Counted from the first letter of the stretch, positions 29,592 through 38,823 are shown. The stretch is DNA of 64,000 nucleotides from a candidate division NPL-UPA2 bacterium Unc8 (GCA_003574845.1 NDHY01000004.1:12723-76722), one strand, 5' to 3'. Made by a program: numbers and translations. The notes: a model not told the origin generated them from the letters alone.

Positions 29592-30107
29592 TTAATATTT
29601 CATTAAGTAGTAAATCTTATACTTCTTTAGTTTATCGCGACCGTGAAGAAAGGCAAGTTCAATCAAAAAAGTGCAAGCGATAACCCTACCACCAAGTTTT
29701 TCTACCAATTCCACCACACTTTTTACAGTTCCACCGGTAGCCAGAACATCGTCAACAATTAAAATATTTTCCCCTTTCGTAATTGCATCTTGATGTATTT
29801 CCAGGGTATCGGTGCCATATTCTAATTCATAAGTAACATTAATTTTCTTCCAGGGTAATTTATTTTTCTTTCTTACCGGGACAAAACCACAACCAAGTTT
29901 ATAAGCAAGCGCCCCGCCAAAAATAAATCCACGTGCTTCCATGGAAACAATTTTATCAATCTTCTTTTTTCTCAATTTCTCTGCTAACAGATTAATTGTT
30001 TCTTTAAAAACTTTCCCCTCTTTAAGTAAAGTAGTAATATCTTTAAAAATTACACCTTTTTTAGGAAAATCAGGCACATCCCGAATAAATTTTTTTAAAC
30101 TTTTCAT
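29592..30107 (-). CDS. apt: Adenine phosphoribosyltransferase
   Basis: N-terminal IRDVPDFPKKGVIFKDIT and PRPP-binding ILIVDDVLATGGT. Confidence 0.9.
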   Translation of the reverse strand: MKSLKKFIRDVPDFPKKGVIFKDITTLLKEGKVFKETINLLAEKLRKKKIDKIVSMEARGFIFGGALAYKLGCGFVPVRKKNKLPWKKINVTYELEYGTDTLEIHQDAITKGENILIVDDVLATGGTVKSVVELVEKLGGRVIACTFLIELAFLHGRDKLKKYKIYYLMKY

Positions 30108-30119
30108 TACTATTTACCT

Positions 30120-30170
30120 CCAAAATCACCCCTGACAAATGGTCAACATTATTCTGATACGACCCCTTAG
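30120..30170. repeat. Solo copy (about 51 bp) of the MITE-like terminal repeat; its terminal CCCCTTA contains the ppcA stop codon
   Basis: ccaaaatcacccctgacaaatggtcaacattattctgatacgaccccttag matches 36579-36629 at about 44 of 51 positions. Confidence 0.6.
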
Positions 30171-31624
30171 CCCAGAAATTTTCTCAAGCTTGCTGCTCTC
30201 AGGATATGTTCTTCCAATTCTTTTGCTTTGTCTTCTTTCAATGAGGTTGCGATGTAATTTGTCACTTCCCTATACTCCTCATCTGGTTGAAAATCACCCA
30301 GAAAATCCACAACTCTTGCCTTAAGGTTTTGCGGCAGGAAAGCAATGTCTGGATTAAAATACCCAATCGCATCTCTTAAATCGTTTTCAAAGTTCACATA
30401 AACCTCTTTGATAAATTGAAAATCGTTATCATCTAAGGCATTCAAGCCTAAAATTTCCGGAGGAAGTCCAATAGAGTAAAGCGCAGCAGTAAATGCTATC
30501 GCTCTTGGCAATGTAATTCCTCCTATGCTGCGTGAATAGCCAAAGAGTCCTATGTGCAGCTTTCTTTTTCTTCTTCCCGGAATGTATTTTGCCACTTTAT
30601 TAATCATCGGCGCCAATTTTACAATCTGACTTACATACTCATCGCTATATTTCCTCATTACCCTCAGGCATTTCTCTTCATCTATCTCCTGCGGCAGGCT
30701 CGTTTTTCTCTCCTGTAATTTCCTTATGGCTTCTCTGACCTCTGCTGGCGGATTATCATATTTGAACGCAGATTGAATGGTAAAAGTATGAGCGCTTGGA
30801 TATTCTTTTGTAACTCTCTCCACAGTTTGCGGTTTGAGATTACCCCTGAAAGGAGCCGAGCCAACTCCCACAATAGGATAAATTTTGACATCAATCTCTT
30901 CTGATAATTTTTGCAATTTCTGAAGAGCGATTTTATTTAAAAGAACAGCGCTAACAAGTCCATAATTCATTGCCGGGTCTGACCTCGCCAGAAAGACCCG
31001 CTGATATTCCACTTTTTTATTCTGCAGGTACGCTCCGGTTATGTTGTGAGCGTCAAGCATGTGCTCCCAATCTTCAAAAAGAGGGATAACATTTATCTTC
31101 TCAGGTTTGAATTCTCCAATCCACTCAGCAATTGTTATATCTTTCTCTCTAAATGATTTATGCTGCTTTCCCACCACAAAATCGCAATAATATCTATAAA
31201 TCCTATCAATACATTCAGAAGAAGCTGTCATGGGCAAAATGACTTCAAATATGGGTGAGGTATCATCTTGATAAAATAACTTAGCGGCATCAAATGACCT
31301 GGGGATGCTATCCAGTGTTTCCAGTAAAATCTTTGCCTCTCCCTTCTCTACGGTTGGGTTTGGAACACGTAAGGTTATAAAAAGGTCCTTACCCAGTCTA
31401 TTTTCCCTGAAAAATGATTCATATTTTGTTAATAATTTTTTAACCACAAAACTATCAACTTCCTTGCCCTCGCAATCCCACATCTGTTCATCGCATCCTA
31501 AGTGCGAAAATGCATAGTATGCTTCCTGGACTTCATCTTCCCCGCCAAGCTCGGTGTGCGCTGCAAAAAACGGAGGACATACATTATCAGGATGTTGCGT
31601 GCTCATGCACTTTGGTATTTTCAC
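30167..31624 (-). CDS. ppcA: Archaeal-type phosphoenolpyruvate carboxylase
   Basis: N-terminal MKIPKCMSTQHPDNV is diagnostic of archaeal-type PEPC; 485 aa. Confidence 0.85.
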   Translation of the reverse strand: MKIPKCMSTQHPDNVCPPFFAAHTELGGEDEVQEAYYAFSHLGCDEQMWDCEGKEVDSFVVKKLLTKYESFFRENRLGKDLFITLRVPNPTVEKGEAKILLETLDSIPRSFDAAKLFYQDDTSPIFEVILPMTASSECIDRIYRYYCDFVVGKQHKSFREKDITIAEWIGEFKPEKINVIPLFEDWEHMLDAHNITGAYLQNKKVEYQRVFLARSDPAMNYGLVSAVLLNKIALQKLQKLSEEIDVKIYPIVGVGSAPFRGNLKPQTVERVTKEYPSAHTFTIQSAFKYDNPPAEVREAIRKLQERKTSLPQEIDEEKCLRVMRKYSDEYVSQIVKLAPMINKVAKYIPGRRKRKLHIGLFGYSRSIGGITLPRAIAFTAALYSIGLPPEILGLNALDDNDFQFIKEVYVNFENDLRDAIGYFNPDIAFLPQNLKARVVDFLGDFQPDEEYREVTNYIATSLKEDKAKELEEHILRAASLRKFLG

Positions 31625-32517
31625 TTAACTCTCCCAGACAACTCTTTGTATCTTTTTTTAATATCGTTATTGGTAATTGTTCTCAGGCAATCAAGGCTAA
31701 ATCCCTCAATGGTAAAAGACGCCATCACAGAACCGTAAACGAGGGCATTTCGTAATGCATTTTCACTCAAACTGCCACATTGCTCCAGATACCCAAGGAA
31801 TCCACCGGCAAAACTATCTCCCGCCCCGGTTGGGTCACAGACGGTCTTGATAGAATAAGCAGGGACAGGAAAGTAACTACTTTTAGTAAAGAGAGCAGCC
31901 CCATATTCTCCTCTTTTAATGACAGCAATGCGCGGCCCAAGCGAGAGAAGTTTTCTTCCTGAGGCAACGAGGTCATCTTCTCCTGTCAACATCTTCGCCT
32001 CTTCATCATTCACAATAAAGATGTCCATCATAGAAAGTGTCCTTTGCAGTGAGGGAAATTTTTTCTCAATCCATATATTCATCGTATCGCCAACAACTAA
32101 TTTCGGACTGTCAAGTTGCCTGAGAACGCTAAGATGAAGTTCCGGATCAATATTTGCCAGAAATACAGTTTTAGAAAGGCGGTAATCACGAGGAAGAATG
32201 GGGTGGAAATCCTTAAATACATTGAGACAGAGTAAGAGCGTTTCTCTTTCATTCAGATTTTCACCGTAGCGGGCCTTCCACCGAAAAGTATCTCCTTTCT
32301 TTATTTCCAGCCCCGCTAAGTCAATAGAGCGACTTTTTAATAAATTTAAATGTTCCTCCGGGAAATCATTTCCCACTACAGCGCATAAATTTACCGGCGA
32401 AAAATAGCTTGCCGAGATTGCAAAGTAGATAGCTGACCCGCCCAGAGCGTCTTTTACCTCTCCCCGAGGAGTTTTCACAGTATCCAGTGCTACTGAGCCA
32501 ACAACTAAAATACTCAT
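31621..32517 (-). CDS. PfkB-family (ribokinase-fold) kinase
   Basis: N-terminal VVGSVALD and the C-terminal DPTGAGDSFAGGF PfkB signature. It is co-oriented within the thiamine gene cluster. Confidence 0.75.
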   Translation of the reverse strand: MSILVVGSVALDTVKTPRGEVKDALGGSAIYFAISASYFSPVNLCAVVGNDFPEEHLNLLKSRSIDLAGLEIKKGDTFRWKARYGENLNERETLLLCLNVFKDFHPILPRDYRLSKTVFLANIDPELHLSVLRQLDSPKLVVGDTMNIWIEKKFPSLQRTLSMMDIFIVNDEEAKMLTGEDDLVASGRKLLSLGPRIAVIKRGEYGAALFTKSSYFPVPAYSIKTVCDPTGAGDSFAGGFLGYLEQCGSLSENALRNALVYGSVMASFTIEGFSLDCLRTITNNDIKKRYKELSGRVK

Positions 32518-32520
32518 CTC

Positions 32521-33819
32521 TCAACGTGAATCCTGCGAAGGCAATAATTGGTCTAACATTTTAAGGGAGCAGTACTCTCCGCACATTGTGCAGACATTGC
32601 GGTCGGGCCTACCTCCACTTTTCTCCCAGCACCTTCTCGCCATTTCAGGGTCAATTGACAAATTGATGTGTTTCTTCCATTCTCTCTTTCGGCGCAACTT
32701 TGAAATTTGCGTATCCCAGTCACCAGCACCCTTTATTCCTTTGGCAATATCAGCAACATGAGCGGCAATCCGGGCAACGATTACTCCTTCTTTTACCTCA
32801 ACAACAGTAGGAAGCCCCAGGTGCTCGCTTGCAGTGACATAGCAAAGAAAGTCAGCCCCGGCAGCCCCGGCAACTGCCCCGCCGATAGCAGCCACAATAT
32901 GATCGTAGCCCGGGGCAACATCCGTAACAAGCGGACCAAGCACATAAAACGGAGCATTTTTACAAATCCGTTTCTCTAAAACGACATTGGCTTCTATTTG
33001 ATTAAGCGGAACATGCCCGGGGCCCTCAATCATTACCTGAACCCCCTTTTCTCCTGCCCTCTCAGCCAGCTTTCCTAAAATAAGAAGTTCCTGAATTTGG
33101 GTCCTATCAGTTGCATCGGCTATTGCCCCCGGTCGCATCCCATCGCCCAGGCTCAAGGTCATATCATACCCTTCTGCTATTTCCAAAACACGGTCGTAAT
33201 AAGCATAAAAAGGGTTCTCATCATTGTTATGAAGCATCCAGGCAACTAAAAACGCTCCCCCGCGGCTGACAACCCCGGCGACTCTATTTTCATTTTTGAG
33301 CCGCCTAACACTTTCCAATGTTATACCGGCATGAATAGTTACGAAGTCAACTCCGACGCGAGCGTGTTCTTCAACTGCATTAAGCATGTCGTCAGTGCTC
33401 ATATTGATAATTCCCTGCTTCTCCTTCGCCGCGATTACTGCCGTTTCATAGATGGGAACCGTTCCCAAGGGCAAACGACTTTCCTCAAGAATAGCCTTGC
33501 GAATTTCAGGAAGAGCTCCGCCAAGGCTCAAATCCATAAGTGTATCTGCCCCGCTCTCCTCTGCAACCATAGCCTTTTTTAGTTCTTCTTTTAGCGTTGA
33601 CCTGTCCTCGGAAGTGCCGATATTGGCATTGACTTTTGTACGCAAGCCACTGCCAACTCCACAGACCTTTATTTTCCTTCCCTTATTATTTGCCAGGATA
33701 ACAATGCTGCCTGCGGCAACGCCATCCCTCACGAACTCTCCGCTTACTCCCTCATTGCGAGCAACCTCGTGCATTTCTCTGGTAATATTGCCCTTTTTTG
33801 CTTCAGTTCTTTGCATCAT
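32521..33819 (-). CDS. thiC: Phosphomethylpyrimidine synthase
   Basis: GVDFVTIHAGI, the radical-SAM-type C-terminal CTMCGEYCSLK; 432 aa. Confidence 0.9.
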   Translation of the reverse strand: MMQRTEAKKGNITREMHEVARNEGVSGEFVRDGVAAGSIVILANNKGRKIKVCGVGSGLRTKVNANIGTSEDRSTLKEELKKAMVAEESGADTLMDLSLGGALPEIRKAILEESRLPLGTVPIYETAVIAAKEKQGIINMSTDDMLNAVEEHARVGVDFVTIHAGITLESVRRLKNENRVAGVVSRGGAFLVAWMLHNNDENPFYAYYDRVLEIAEGYDMTLSLGDGMRPGAIADATDRTQIQELLILGKLAERAGEKGVQVMIEGPGHVPLNQIEANVVLEKRICKNAPFYVLGPLVTDVAPGYDHIVAAIGGAVAGAAGADFLCYVTASEHLGLPTVVEVKEGVIVARIAAHVADIAKGIKGAGDWDTQISKLRRKREWKKHINLSIDPEMARRCWEKSGGRPDRNVCTMCGEYCSLKMLDQLLPSQDSR

Positions 33820-34879
33820 CAGGAAAACCTGCCCTTGAAATCAAATTTTTAGTAGCCTCAGTAATGTCCTTTGCCTTAATAATGACAGCGGCAACAGCCA
33901 CAACGTCTGCTCCTGCACTGACTACTTCTTTAATATTTGTTTCGTTTATTCCACCAATAGCTATAAGAGGAACTCTTAGTGCTTTTTTCAGCTCCGCAAT
34001 CTTATTCACTCCGACAGGAGAGCCAGCGTCTTTCTTTGTGCCGGTAGGAAATATTGGACCCACCGAGACATAATCCGCCCCTTCCTTCTCTGCCTCTATA
34101 GCTTCCTTTTGATTATGAGTGGATATTCCAATTATTCTTTTTTTCCCTAATAGTTTCCTTGTCTCCTTTATTGGAAGGTCGTCCTGTCCCAGATGTACAC
34201 CATCAGCCTCTGTCATCACAGCAACATCAAGGCGGTCATTAACTATAATCGCGACCTTCTGCAATGGCGCAAATTGTCTGAGACGAGAGACTAATAAAAA
34301 AGCGTTTTTGTCTGTTATATCTTTGCATCGCAACTGAACCGCACTCACGCCTCCCATTGTTGCCGCTGCAGCAACTTTCAGAGGGTTTTTATTTCCAATC
34401 AGCTCTTTATCAAGAATAAGATAAAGCTTCCAGTTTCTGACAACCTGACGCCTGACGCTCAAGTTTAGTTTCTCTGTAATCTCTTTTTCTATTGCGTAAA
34501 GGCGAAAGCGAATGTCTTTGAATTTTTTTCCTGCAGGAAAATCGATCATCCTGGAAAATTCTTCAAGAACCCTCATCGCCTCCTGCGTCCGCACCATGCT
34601 CGCCTTTAGAATTTCAGATAGCTCCTTCCCATCCTGATGCTTATCATAATGACTGCTTTTGCCTATATCACAACTACTGTCTCGTGCGGCAAGAAGAGCT
34701 TCTCCAGGAACTTCCTTCAAGATGGTGGCAATTTCGTGTCTTAAGCTCTTTAAATGAGAGGCAAGTGGAGAATCTTCAAGGTCAAACCTTGCTATTTCTT
34801 CAACCACTCGCAAGCCCTCGCGGGCACGGTTGAGGTTAGCGTCAATAATGCGGTATGCGCCATTTCTTAGAAGAGCCAT
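33803..34879 (-). CDS. thiE: Thiamine-phosphate synthase with N-terminal about 150-aa uncharacterised domain
   Basis: The C-terminal 210 aa carry ThiE motifs (VQLRCKD, GISTHN, DYVSVGPIFPTGTK, IAIGGI). The N-terminal domain has no recognised motif. Confidence 0.8.
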   Translation of the reverse strand: MALLRNGAYRIIDANLNRAREGLRVVEEIARFDLEDSPLASHLKSLRHEIATILKEVPGEALLAARDSSCDIGKSSHYDKHQDGKELSEILKASMVRTQEAMRVLEEFSRMIDFPAGKKFKDIRFRLYAIEKEITEKLNLSVRRQVVRNWKLYLILDKELIGNKNPLKVAAAATMGGVSAVQLRCKDITDKNAFLLVSRLRQFAPLQKVAIIVNDRLDVAVMTEADGVHLGQDDLPIKETRKLLGKKRIIGISTHNQKEAIEAEKEGADYVSVGPIFPTGTKKDAGSPVGVNKIAELKKALRVPLIAIGGINETNIKEVVSAGADVVAVAAVIIKAKDITEATKNLISRAGFPDDAKN

Positions 34880-34899
34880 TTCTCATTATGTAAATATTC

Positions 34900-35040
34900 A
34901 ATGAACCCCATTAGTAAGACACAAAGGCACACTTGAATTTCGGTAATTTGAGTTTTGAGTTTGTTTAGAGTTTAGAGTTTCATATTTAGAGTTTAGGCTT
35001 CTCTGTGCCTCTGTTTCTAGTGAGTAAGGCTCCGAGAAAA
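34900..35040. repeat. Tandem-repeat block (TAGAGTT/TTGAGTTT units, GTGCCTCT units)
   Basis: aatttgagttttgagtttgtttagagtttagagtttcatatttagagtttaggcttctctgtgcctctg. Nearly the same string recurs at 46180-46260. Confidence 0.75.
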
Positions 35041-35060
35041 GAGCGGCTACTCCTCTCTAT

Positions 35061-35594
35061 CTAAGGGCGAGTAATTTCTGCCCCTTCTCTTTCACGAGCT
35101 ATTTTAGTTATAAAGACCTTAATTGATGCAATGTTCTTTATTCCCAAAACGCCTTCTACGTATTCTCTGATTGTTCCTTGAATGCGGGTGGTAGCCTCAG
35201 GAATATTAATGTTTGGTTCCAGTGTAAGCCGAGCATTAATTTCCAATCCCTTTTTTGTTATTGAGAGCTCAGGCTTCATTTCCCGAACCTCGTCAAATCT
35301 CAGTCTCTTAAGAAACTCTTCAACGGCGCCAAACGAAACTCTTACCTCTCCTTCAGGATTTCGAAAGGATATTGTCAACCCATAGCGAATTTCTCTCACT
35401 AAGAGATAAACAAGATAAACTCCTCCTCCTAAAAGAAGAGCCCCAACAATTATAGTGGGAATAATCTGCTCCTGGATAGATATAAGAATTTGCTTAATTC
35501 CCTCTACTGGTAGCCACCCAATCGCAAGAAAAATCAGAAATAGCCCCATGACCACTAAGATAACCATTGAAAAAAAGATAATAAACTTCTTCAT
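35061..35594 (-). CDS. Asp23/Gls24-family envelope stress protein with N-terminal TM helices
   Basis: The alternating hydrophobic pattern ...EVRVSFGAVEEFLKRL...IKVFITKI resembles the Asp23 (DUF322) family; two N-terminal TM helices. Confidence 0.45.
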   Translation of the reverse strand: MKKFIIFFSMVILVVMGLFLIFLAIGWLPVEGIKQILISIQEQIIPTIIVGALLLGGGVYLVYLLVREIRYGLTISFRNPEGEVRVSFGAVEEFLKRLRFDEVREMKPELSITKKGLEINARLTLEPNINIPEATTRIQGTIREYVEGVLGIKNIASIKVFITKIAREREGAEITRP

Positions 35595-35669
35595 CCTCCT
35601 CCCTCCTTAAATAAATAACAACCTTTACAACCTAACAACCTACAGCCTACAGCCTATCTACCTGAGCAA

Positions 35670-36227
35670 TTATATTCTTCCTGAATATTTTCCTGTTCTG
35701 GTGTCAATGCGAACGAGGTCGTTGTCCTTAATGAAAAGTGGTACCTGGACGGTAGCTCCTGTCTCAAGAGTAGCCACCTTAAAGCCTCCGCCAACCGTAT
35801 CACCGCGCACTCCCGGCTCTGTTCTGACAATCAGCAACTCAACAAATTGAGGAAATTTTACTTCCATGGGTTTTTCATTATGCATGGAAGCAGTAAGCAC
35901 CATTTCTTCTTTCAAAAATTTTGTCTTCTCCCCCAACTGACTTTCAGTCAATATCACTTGCTCATAACTCTCCAGGTCTATAAAGTAGAAGTTATCCTCG
36001 CTCTGATAGAGATACTGAATCTCCTTTTCCCTTAAAGTCGCCTCTGCCACCTTCTCGCCGGAACGGAATGTTCTTTCTATGATGCGACCACTCTTTAACT
36101 CTTTGAGTCGCGCTGGTATGAGAGCGCCTCCTTTTCCGGGCTTCACATGTTCAAAAGAGATAACCTCGTAAAGCCCCCCTTCCAGCTCAAGTACCATGCC
36201 TTTACGGAACTGAGATGTAGGCATCAT
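35670..36227 (-). CDS. efp: Elongation factor P
   Basis: N-terminal FRKGMVLELEGGLYEVISFEHVKPGKGGA; 185 aa. Confidence 0.95.
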   Translation of the reverse strand: MMPTSQFRKGMVLELEGGLYEVISFEHVKPGKGGALIPARLKELKSGRIIERTFRSGEKVAEATLREKEIQYLYQSEDNFYFIDLESYEQVILTESQLGEKTKFLKEEMVLTASMHNEKPMEVKFPQFVELLIVRTEPGVRGDTVGGGFKVATLETGATVQVPLFIKDNDLVRIDTRTGKYSGRI

Positions 36228-36348
36228 TTTTTCTATGATACTAATAAAGCTTTCACTCTGTCAAGAAACTATTACAGAAATTATTACAAGATTATTAAAG
36301 GTAAGCGTTCAGCAGTCTGCTGAAAGCTGACCGCTGATGGCTGAATGC

Positions 36349-36628
36349 TTAGGGGTCGTATCAGAATAATCTTGACTATTTGGAGTCCCAGATTTGAGGT
36401 CAGTGCAAGGTGCGACGAGGGCAGTGTGCCCGCTGTGGCACATAACCGAGGAACAACCGCCGCAAGGGCCCAAAGACGGGACCCCCCGAAGGGCCAGGTC
36501 GCTTTTGGGCTGCGACTGTGTCGCTCATCGCTTCCGTAGCGCTTTGGCTACGCTTCACTCTTCGTTCCTTGTCTCGCTCCAAAATCACCTCTGGCAAATA
36601 GTTAATGTTATTTTGATACGACCCCTTA
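36349..36628. mobile_element. MITE-like non-autonomous element: about 280 bp, about 35-bp terminal inverted repeats, GC-rich non-coding core
   Basis: Left end ttaggggtcgtatcagaataatcttgactatttg is the reverse complement of right end caaatagttaatgttattttgatacgaccccttac at about 30 of 35 positions. The core has many short hairpins and no plausible ORF. The right terminal TTA is the topA stop codon. Confidence 0.5.
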
Positions 36629-38671
36629 CTCTGTGCTTGTATAATTGCATTTTTCATTGATGCACTGGAGGTAACCTCCTCTCCTCTTTTTTACCACAAG
36701 AAACCTGGCTCCGCAGGAAGGGCATTCTTTTGCAATCGGTTTATCCCAGGTGGAAAAATTACACTCTGGGTAACGATTGCAGCCAAAGAAGATTTTCTTT
36801 TTTCGTGTCCTTTTTTCCACAATTTCGCCATCACACTTATCTTCGGGACACTTTATACCAAGACCAATCGGTGCAGTATATTTGCACTGTGGATAGTTTT
36901 TACAAGCGAAAAATTTTCCGTACTTTCCAATTTTTATCGTAAGATTACCGTCACATTCAGGGCAGGTTCTGTCAGTGGCAATCTCCATTTTTTTTACTTT
37001 ATCATTTGCCTTATCCAGCATAGCAATAAATGGATGGTAAAAGTCACTCAACAATTTCATCCAGTCAGATTTTCCGTCTTCAATCCTATCCAGCTCATTT
37101 TCTATGTGAGAGGTAAACTTTAAATCCATTATCTTCGGAAAACGTGCAACAAGCAGATTAATCACCATTACTCCAAGTTCGGTTGGGTAAAATTTACCAT
37201 CAACCTTTTCTACGTATTCCCGCTGCTCAATCGTTTGAATTATCGGAGCATATGTACTTGGTCTGCCAATTCCTTCTTCTTCAAGCACTTTTACCAGCGT
37301 AGCATCAGAGAATCTGGGCAAAGGCTTAGTAAAGTGCTGCTTTTCCTGAAGAGCAATAACATCCAACTTTTCACTCATTTGAAGATCGGGAATATTACTT
37401 TCTTCTTCCTTATCACCATAGATAATTGTGAAGCCGAGAAACTTAATGTTCACTCCCTTTGCCTGCAAATTAAATTTGCCTGCCTTTATCTTAATTGTTG
37501 TCAGTTTAAACAAGGCTGGCTTCATCTGGCTGGCAAGGAAGCGGAGCCAGATCATGTGATAGAGCCTGTACTGTTCAGGCGAAAGAAATTCTTTCATTTT
37601 CTCTGGCTCTCGTCGGATGCTCGTTGGCCTTATTGCCTCATGAGCTTCCTGCGCTCCTTTCCTTGAGCGGTAGACGGGAGATTTAGAAGGAGCAAAATCC
37701 CTTCCAAATTTCTCTTTGATATAAGTAGATGCTTCTTTCTGGGATTGCGAGGAAAGACGCACCGAATCAGTTCTCATATAAGTAATCAACCCTACTCTTT
37801 CCTTCCCGATTTCAATCCCCTCATAGAGCTCCTGAGCAATGCGCATCGCCTTAGTTGGTGTAAATCTAAGTTTTCTTGCTGCCTCCTGCTGAAACTGACT
37901 TGTAGTAAATGGCGGCGGAGGATTTTTCTTTTGCTCCTTTTTCTCTATGCTTTCAACAAAAAACTCTTCTTTTCTTAACTCATAGATTACTCTCTTTGCC
38001 TCTGATTCATTATCAATCTCTGCTTTTTTGCCACTGATTTTTTCCAATTTTGCTTCAAAATCCCCTTCTTCCCCCACCTTCTTCTTTAGCTTCGCAGCAA
38101 TTGTCCAGTATTCCCTGGAAACAAAATCGGCAATTTCTTTCTCGCGGTCGCATACTATCCGCAGCGTTACTGACTGCACTCTCCCGGCACTTAAGCCCTT
38201 GCCAATCTTTTTCCAGAGAAAAGGACTAAGCTTATAGCCGACAATACGATCAAGAATGCGGCGCGCCTGCTGAGCTTTCACTTTGTTTAAATCTATTTCC
38301 CTGGGGTTTTTAATTGCTTTTTCAACCTCTTCTTTGGTAATTTCATTAAAAGTAACCCGATAGAGGTTATCTCCACCAAGCACTTCTGATAAGTGCCAGG
38401 AAATCGCCTCTCCTTCCCGATCAGGGTCTGAAGCAAGAAACACTTTCTCAGCACTCTGGGAGTTCTTTTTTATCTCTTTAATCACCTCTTTTCTTTGAGG
38501 AATAATAATGTAATGAGGACGGAAGCCATCTTCCGGGTCAATGCCAAATCTATCCCTGGGAAGGTCGCGGATATGCCCCAGACAGGACTTGACACTATAA
38601 CTGCTTCCCAGAAACTTATCTATCGTTCTCGCTTTTGCTGAAGATTCCACAATTACCAATAACTTTGGCAT
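36626..38671 (-). CDS. topA: DNA topoisomerase I with C-terminal zinc ribbons
   Basis: N-terminal LVIVESSAKARTIDKFLG Toprim, catalytic Tyr region, three C-terminal Cys4 ribbons; 681 aa. Confidence 0.9.
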   Translation of the reverse strand: MPKLLVIVESSAKARTIDKFLGSSYSVKSCLGHIRDLPRDRFGIDPEDGFRPHYIIIPQRKEVIKEIKKNSQSAEKVFLASDPDREGEAISWHLSEVLGGDNLYRVTFNEITKEEVEKAIKNPREIDLNKVKAQQARRILDRIVGYKLSPFLWKKIGKGLSAGRVQSVTLRIVCDREKEIADFVSREYWTIAAKLKKKVGEEGDFEAKLEKISGKKAEIDNESEAKRVIYELRKEEFFVESIEKKEQKKNPPPPFTTSQFQQEAARKLRFTPTKAMRIAQELYEGIEIGKERVGLITYMRTDSVRLSSQSQKEASTYIKEKFGRDFAPSKSPVYRSRKGAQEAHEAIRPTSIRREPEKMKEFLSPEQYRLYHMIWLRFLASQMKPALFKLTTIKIKAGKFNLQAKGVNIKFLGFTIIYGDKEEESNIPDLQMSEKLDVIALQEKQHFTKPLPRFSDATLVKVLEEEGIGRPSTYAPIIQTIEQREYVEKVDGKFYPTELGVMVINLLVARFPKIMDLKFTSHIENELDRIEDGKSDWMKLLSDFYHPFIAMLDKANDKVKKMEIATDRTCPECDGNLTIKIGKYGKFFACKNYPQCKYTAPIGLGIKCPEDKCDGEIVEKRTRKKKIFFGCNRYPECNFSTWDKPIAKECPSCGARFLVVKKRRGGYLQCINEKCNYTSTE

Positions 38672-38709
38672 AGAAATCCTTTTGATTATTATCTGTGCTC
38701 AGGGTCTTT

Positions 38710-38823
38710 AGATTGTTACTTACCTTATGCGAACCTCTGGCCAAGCGTGGCCAAGAAACCACCCGGAAATTGGTTCTATTAACCAGAGAACGCCAATAGC
38801 TAACATTATTATTCCTGTTATAA
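38710..38823 (-). CDS. Small hydrophobic peptide (37 aa, single TM) between apbE and topA
   Basis: Read by hand: ATG with GGAGGTGA SD 5 nt upstream. MLAFITGIIMLAIGVLWLIEPISGWFLGHAWPEVRIR. It is below the ORF-track length cut-off. Confidence 0.4.

Noticed and set aside
34880-35060. TPP riboswitch upstream of the thiE-thiC operon
   Set aside because: The reverse complement lacks the CTGAGA and ACCTGATCTGGATAATGCCAGCG conserved cores by eye; only tandem repeats are present. This needs a covariance-model check.
36400-36600. Match of the MITE core to SRP RNA, RNase P RNA, tmRNA or 6S RNA
   Set aside because: The diagnostic motifs are absent: no GGAAGCAGCC of SRP domain IV, no RNase P P4 AGGAAAGUCCGG, no tmRNA tag ORF or T-arm.
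36345-36660. Three overlapping frame-track ORFs (64-88 aa, Arg/Pro/Gly-rich) inside the MITE-like core
   Set aside because: They are low-complexity, mutually overlapping on both strands, and have no RBS. The region is better explained as a non-coding structured element.
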